This document shows, in pieces, positions 59,251 to 64,000 of a stretch of 64,000 nt of DNA. Within the stretch, counting starts at the first letter, position 1, and every line of letters starts with the position of its first letter. The notes beneath the pieces are model-generated. The model searched no databases and was not told where the DNA came from. It saw only the letters and a list, made by a program, of their open reading frames with translations. Source of the DNA: Anaerolineales bacterium (GTDB lineage Bacteria > Chloroflexota > Anaerolineae > JAAEKA01); assembly GCA_020634615.1 (NCBI GenBank), contig JACKBI010000019.1:52911-116910 (forward strand), read 5' to 3'. Position numbers and translations under genes: made by a program.

Positions 59251-61620
59251 TCATCCGCCGTTGTAGCGCAGGATCTCCTGGCCGCCCGCGTCGAAGATGA
59301 CAAGCTGGCCGCCCGGCAGGTCGAAACTGGCTGCCCCCTGCAAGGCGCTCAGGTAGAGCTGTTCCTGGTCCATCACGTCCGGCTCGCAGGCCATCTGCGT
59401 CGAGATCAGCGGGCCGATGGAGAGCGACGTGCCGTTGACGGTGTAGTTGCCGCTGTAGCTGTTGCATCCGCTGTTGCCGCTGACCGCGCCCGAGTCGTCG
59501 AAGGCCAGCGTGATAGTCGTGTTGGGCAACGGCACGCGGCCCGGCTCGAAGGAGTTCAACGACCAGCCTGTGCCGGCCAGCGGGTTGCCGGGGTTCACCG
59601 TGACGGTGACTTGCTGCGTCTGCGTCGAACCGTCGCTGAGTTGCACGCGCATCTCGTAGGTTGTCGTTGTATCGATGCAGTGCACCTGTACGCCCTGACC
59701 GGTCACCGGATAGTCGGCGTAGTTCGCGCCCTGCGGGTAGACCCAGACAGCCTGCACGTTCTGCACGTTCCAGGCCAGCGTGGTGCACTGGCCCGCCTCG
59801 ACGGTGGTCGGGTTGGCGCTGAACTGCATGACCGGCTGCGCGGTAGCGGTGGGCTCTGGCGTCGCGGTCGGCGGGACCGGTGTGTTGGTCGGCGGGATCG
59901 GGATTACCGTGGCCGCGGGCGCCTTGGTCGCTGTCGCTTCAGGCGCTGGCGGGGCTGGCGCAACTGCCGGCGGCATGGCCGCAAACGCCTCCGCCGTCAT
60001 CATGATCAGCGAGCCGCCGCCGGCCGGCAGAACCAGTTCCATCGTACCGCCGCCGGCGCGCACCTTGTAGTTCTGCGCAGCCATCAGCGAGTTGATGAAG
60101 CTTTGCGAGTACGAGGCGGGGCCGCATGCGGCCAGGGTCACCGGGCCGGGCTGCGCCAGCATGCCGCCGGCCATGCCGGCCTGGCGCAGTTCGTAGCTCA
60201 TGCCGCCGCTGTTGCAGTCGGCGGTGAAGTTGATCGTACCGTCGGCGTTGTAGGTCACCTGATAGGCGGCGGGATCCGGGATCGCGACGATATCCTTGCT
60301 GCCCGGCTGCGATGGCCCTTCGGTCCACAACCAGGTCACGTCCTGCAGGCCGGCTGCCGGCACACCGCTGATCTCCAGCGAGGCGACCAGCGCGTCCAGC
60401 GTGTCGAGGTCCGGTTCCCAGTCAGAGGGAGCGAGCGCGTTCAACGCATCGGCGCTGGCGGCAATCGTACCCATGGGATCGCCGTTGAATGCATCCATCT
60501 CTTGCTGCGAAAGCTGGCCGGCCTCGTCAGGCAGAGCGCTGGTGGTGACCGGGTACCAGAACGACACCAGATACTGGCCGTCGTTGGTGAAGCCCTGATA
60601 GACGTAACGCAGCCCCTGGTTGGTCACCGGATTGGCGTCCTGCATCCAGCGGCCGACGAAGCGATAGCCGGTCTGGGCAGAGCTGATGAGGTTGAGTTCG
60701 TTGGCGGGAACGGCGCGGCCCACCTGCACTGCAAGATCGTTGTAGCCTGTTACCTGTTCGGATGGCAAAGCGGGCATGCCTGATGTGGGCGCTGGGCTGG
60801 GCAGCGCATAGGCGAGTTGCTCGATCGCGTCGATGGTCTTGCTGACCGAGGGGTTACCGGCCGCATCCCATTGGGCGCGATACGCGTTGACCGGGATGAT
60901 GTACATGATCGGATCGCCGGGCTGGCGGTCGGCAGGATCGGTCACGCCGAAGAGGATTTCGATGTGCTCAGGCAGTCCCACCGGACCGGGCGGCATGCTG
61001 GCATCGTAAGGTGTTTCGGGAACGACCACCGGCTGCCAGGAGTAAGGCAGGCCCTGGGTGTCGAGGCTGATGTCCTGGGGCCGGATGCCGAGGCTGTTGT
61101 AAGGCGTGAACGCCATCGCGCCCGCGTTGTCGGCCAGCAGCAGGTGCAGATCGCCCGTTTCGCTGATGATCGCGCCGCTCACCTGGCCCAGCAGGCCAAG
61201 ATACTGCCGATCCATCGACTGCTCGCCACAGAACGCCATCGTGGCCGGGCCAAGCTGGATCGTCAGCGACGCGCCATCCAGTGTGTAGCTGCCGGCAACC
61301 TGGTTGCAGTCAGCTTTGATCGCCAGCGTGTTGTCGTCGGCGAAGGCGATGGTGTAGTTCTGCGGATCAGGGACCACTGACTGGCTGGCCGGGGAGGTTT
61401 CGGTCAGCGCAGTCCACTGCCAGAGGTTGGCGGTCAGTTCGTCCTGCGTGGCCGGAGCGGCGACAGCAGTGGCAGGCTTCTCGTTGGGCTGTTCCGCGGG
61501 AGTCACGCTCGCGGAAACCGCCCCAGGCGTCGATACTTCTGGAATAGCTGCCGGCTGGCAGGCTGCAAAAAGCAGCATGCTCACCATCAACAGCAATGCG
61601 ATAGATGTAAATCTTTTCAT
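59251..61620 (-). CDS. Lipoprotein with multiple META/HslJ-like domains
   Basis: Lipobox LFAAC; META-like segments (KADCNQVAGSY..ATMAFC, TADCNSGGMSY..TLAAC, NSGCNSYSGNY..STQMAC). Confidence 0.82.
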   Translation of the reverse strand: MKRFTSIALLLMVSMLLFAACQPAAIPEVSTPGAVSASVTPAEQPNEKPATAVAAPATQDELTANLWQWTALTETSPASQSVVPDPQNYTIAFADDNTLAIKADCNQVAGSYTLDGASLTIQLGPATMAFCGEQSMDRQYLGLLGQVSGAIISETGDLHLLLADNAGAMAFTPYNSLGIRPQDISLDTQGLPYSWQPVVVPETPYDASMPPGPVGLPEHIEILFGVTDPADRQPGDPIMYIIPVNAYRAQWDAAGNPSVSKTIDAIEQLAYALPSPAPTSGMPALPSEQVTGYNDLAVQVGRAVPANELNLISSAQTGYRFVGRWMQDANPVTNQGLRYVYQGFTNDGQYLVSFWYPVTTSALPDEAGQLSQQEMDAFNGDPMGTIAASADALNALAPSDWEPDLDTLDALVASLEISGVPAAGLQDVTWLWTEGPSQPGSKDIVAIPDPAAYQVTYNADGTINFTADCNSGGMSYELRQAGMAGGMLAQPGPVTLAACGPASYSQSFINSLMAAQNYKVRAGGGTMELVLPAGGGSLIMMTAEAFAAMPPAVAPAPPAPEATATKAPAATVIPIPPTNTPVPPTATPEPTATAQPVMQFSANPTTVEAGQCTTLAWNVQNVQAVWVYPQGANYADYPVTGQGVQVHCIDTTTTYEMRVQLSDGSTQTQQVTVTVNPGNPLAGTGWSLNSFEPGRVPLPNTTITLAFDDSGAVSGNSGCNSYSGNYTVNGTSLSIGPLISTQMACEPDVMDQEQLYLSALQGAASFDLPGGQLVIFDAGGQEILRYNGG

Positions 61621-62336
61621 GGGTTTGGTGCCTTTCTTGGGGAAGTTGAGCCCGGAGGATAGAAACCGGGTCTATTTATTGGCGAAACGATTTTTCCAGC
61701 AGATGCGCTTTCTTTGGTGCCATGATGCTGGATTACAGGACAAAACCCGGTTTCGAATGGCGCGCCTGAACAGTTACCATTTCTTTGCAAACACTTGGGT
61801 GTTGGCTTGGGGGTGTTGTCCGTCTATTCCATGCGCAACAGACGCAGAAAGTTTACTTCTTCTGCAAGGTAATTGGAAATCACCCGTATATTGCATCCAT
61901 AGACGACAGGTCACGCCGCTGCCAAAGCGCATCGGTGAGCGATGCGGTAGTTGCGTGGCGTATGAGACGACTCAGCGGTCCTCGTTGCCAAGAAGGCCAT
62001 CAGCCACCCGGCAATGAAGGCTGCCTGGAGCCGCTGGCACGTAAATTCGGGTCACGTTGTCGCCTCCTGACATACACCGGTCTGCCAACACTGCCGACAA
62101 CCGTCCGTGCCTGTCGTCAGCATCTGAAGCGAAGATTCAGCCGTAGCGTTCCGCCGCAGGATAACATGGAACCAACACAACGAGCCAATCTTATGCCCCA
62201 ACCGCCGCAAGTTGCACATAATGCCTCAGTTGGGGCATGATCCGGACCGTCGGGAAATTACTGTCTTTGCCGGCAACATTTTCAATCGCACGTCGCGATG
62301 ATCCTCAGATCGTCGCTTTCAGCCAGGAGAACACCA

Positions 62337-64000
62337 ATGGCTTTGACACTGGAATGGCGTCACCGCATCGACCAGTGGCGTCAGGAGCTGGCACGCCAGT
62401 TCTACCGTCCGCTGGGTGCCCTGTCCGTCAGCGGTTTCATGACACAGGATCACCTTTCGCTGGCAGAAGCCCTGACCCGGGACTTTTCACCCATGCCGGC
62501 CGGAACTCGCTGGGGCGCCAAATGGGACTATGGCTGGTTCAAGGGAGAAATCCTGGTTCCCGACGAAGCTCACGGGAACGCGCTGGTGCTGCGGATGGAT
62601 CTAGGTGGCGAAAGTCTCGTCTTTCTTGACGGCCAGTTCGCGGGCGCGGTGGACCATCAACACAAGGAAATCGCGCTGCCGCGTGAGGCTCAGCCAGGCG
62701 CCCGCATTTCCGTTATCGCCGAGGTCTACGCGGGACACGGCCCGCGGGTGGTCCATGCCGGTCCCATCCCTCCCGGCCGCGAGACCGTCCCCGAACCGCC
62801 GCTCACCCAGGTCCAGGTAGGCGACAGCACCTTTGGGATCTGGCAGGAGGAAGTCTATCAGCTCTGGCTGGATGTGGAGACCCTCTACGAAATCAGCGAG
62901 CATATCGACCCCGACTCGCTGCGGGTTGCCGAGATCGACCGGGGGCTGCGCGATTTCACCCTGCTGGTCGACTTCGAGCTGCCCCAGGCGGAGATGCTGG
63001 CCGGCGTGCGGGCCGCCCGCGAGCGCCTGCAACCCTTGCTGGCCTGCGTCAATGGCTCTACAACCCCGACCATGGTCGCCTTCGGCCACGCCCACATCGA
63101 CACTGCCTGGCTGTGGCCGCTGGCTGAGACCGAGCGCAAATGCGCCCGAACCTTCTCCACAACGCTGGCGCTGATGGACCAGTACCCTGAATATCGCTTT
63201 CTGCAGAGCCAGCCACACCTTTACCAGATGGTGAAGGATCGCTACCCGGCGCTTTACGGGCGCATCAAGCAGGCGATTGCGCGCGGCCAGTGGATCCCGG
63301 AGGGCGGCGCGTGGGTGGAGCCAGACACCAACGTTCCCAGCGGCGAGAGCCTGATCCGTCAGTTCGTCCACGGCAAACGCTTCTTCCGCGAGGAGTTCGG
63401 TGTGGAGAGCGAGTTGCTCTGGCTGCCGGATGTTTTCGGCTACACCGCAGCGTTGCCACAAATCATGCGCGGCTGCGGCATTCGATACTTCTCCACGCAA
63501 AAGCTGCTCTGGATCTATTACGACGGCGATCCGTTTCCCTACAACACCTTCACCTGGGAAGGGATCGACGGCTCGCAGGTGTATGCTCACATCCACAACG
63601 ACTACAATGCCCGCACTAACCCGGCCGTCACGATCAAACGCTGGCGGGAGCGCAGGCAGAAGGACGGCATCTCCTCCCGCATGTTCCCCTTTGGCTATGG
63701 CGACGGCGGCGGCGGTCCAACCCGTGACCATCTGGAATTCGTACGCCGGCAGGCTGATCTGGAGGGCGCTCCCAAGGTCGTGATGGGATCACCGGCAGAC
63801 TTTTTCCGAGGCCAGCAGGCAGCCGGCTGGCCGGACGCCCGTTACGTCGGCGAACTCTACCTCCAGGGTCACCGCGGCACCCTGACCTCCCAGGCGCGCA
63901 CCAAGCGGACCAACCGCCAGTGCGAATTCGCGCTGCGGGAAGCCGAAATGTGGAGCGTTGCTGCTGCCCAAAACGGGTTTGTCGTTCCCGGTGATCGCCT
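62337..64000 (+). CDS. Alpha-mannosidase (GH38), 3'-truncated by the window end
   Basis: AGGAGA SD, ATG 62337, open to the end. GHAHIDTAWLWP, GGAWVEPDTNVPSGESLIRQF, WLPDVFGY, FGYGDGGGGPT, GELYLQGHRGT. It is missing from the ORF track because it has no stop. Confidence 0.93.
   Translation, partial: MALTLEWRHRIDQWRQELARQFYRPLGALSVSGFMTQDHLSLAEALTRDFSPMPAGTRWGAKWDYGWFKGEILVPDEAHGNALVLRMDLGGESLVFLDGQFAGAVDHQHKEIALPREAQPGARISVIAEVYAGHGPRVVHAGPIPPGRETVPEPPLTQVQVGDSTFGIWQEEVYQLWLDVETLYEISEHIDPDSLRVAEIDRGLRDFTLLVDFELPQAEMLAGVRAARERLQPLLACVNGSTTPTMVAFGHAHIDTAWLWPLAETERKCARTFSTTLALMDQYPEYRFLQSQPHLYQMVKDRYPALYGRIKQAIARGQWIPEGGAWVEPDTNVPSGESLIRQFVHGKRFFREEFGVESELLWLPDVFGYTAALPQIMRGCGIRYFSTQKLLWIYYDGDPFPYNTFTWEGIDGSQVYAHIHNDYNARTNPAVTIKRWRERRQKDGISSRMFPFGYGDGGGGPTRDHLEFVRRQADLEGAPKVVMGSPADFFRGQQAAGWPDARYVGELYLQGHRGTLTSQARTKRTNRQCEFALREAEMWSVAAAQNGFVVPGDR

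Noticed and set aside
59182-60783. 533-aa + strand ORF
   Set aside because: Antisense shadow of the META lipoprotein in high-GC DNA, with no recognisable motifs.
62601-63731. 376-aa minus-strand ORF and other small ORFs at the window end
   Set aside because: Shadows of the open GH38 frame on the + strand.

Overview
High-GC bacterial window, most likely Chloroflexota (Anaerolineae/Caldilineae-like). That call is an inference from Pro/Thr-rich lipoproteins, LY(L/V)PL tail motifs, a DUF5667 anti-sigma pair and the MoxR-DUF58-DUF4129 triad. About 45 CDSs are supported: two surface proteins sharing a PTAVT-TM-basic C-terminal module, a MoxR triad, a hypABFCDE hydrogenase maturation operon interrupted by a hicBA pair and a PD40 lipoprotein, a partial SUF cluster with two SufU paralogues, housekeeping genes (hutI, rnj, nfo, nadD, obgE, ade), a higBA pair, an ECF sigma/anti-sigma pair facing a secreted octaheme cytochrome c, and a truncated GH38 mannosidase. 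The best candidate for an undescribed system is the minus-strand locus 38570-44765: GT4, polyprenyl-phosphate sugar transferase, stand-alone PqqD/RRE, AftB-like GT-C, radical SAM/SPASM enzyme and a 64-aa precursor-like peptide, followed by a PorU-like C25 peptidase. Other notable items are a split ORF that reads as one UxxC DsbA-like selenoprotein with a SECIS-like hairpin, an in-frame palindromic insertion in hypF, a probably dead nuclease fold fused to a PcrA-type Tudor domain, and several REP-like palindrome families. Small indels in homopolymer runs (nfo, GH128 N-terminus) suggest some sequencing or assembly error. No rRNA, tRNA, CRISPR array or transposase was recognised. All family calls come from motif recognition by eye; no database search was run.
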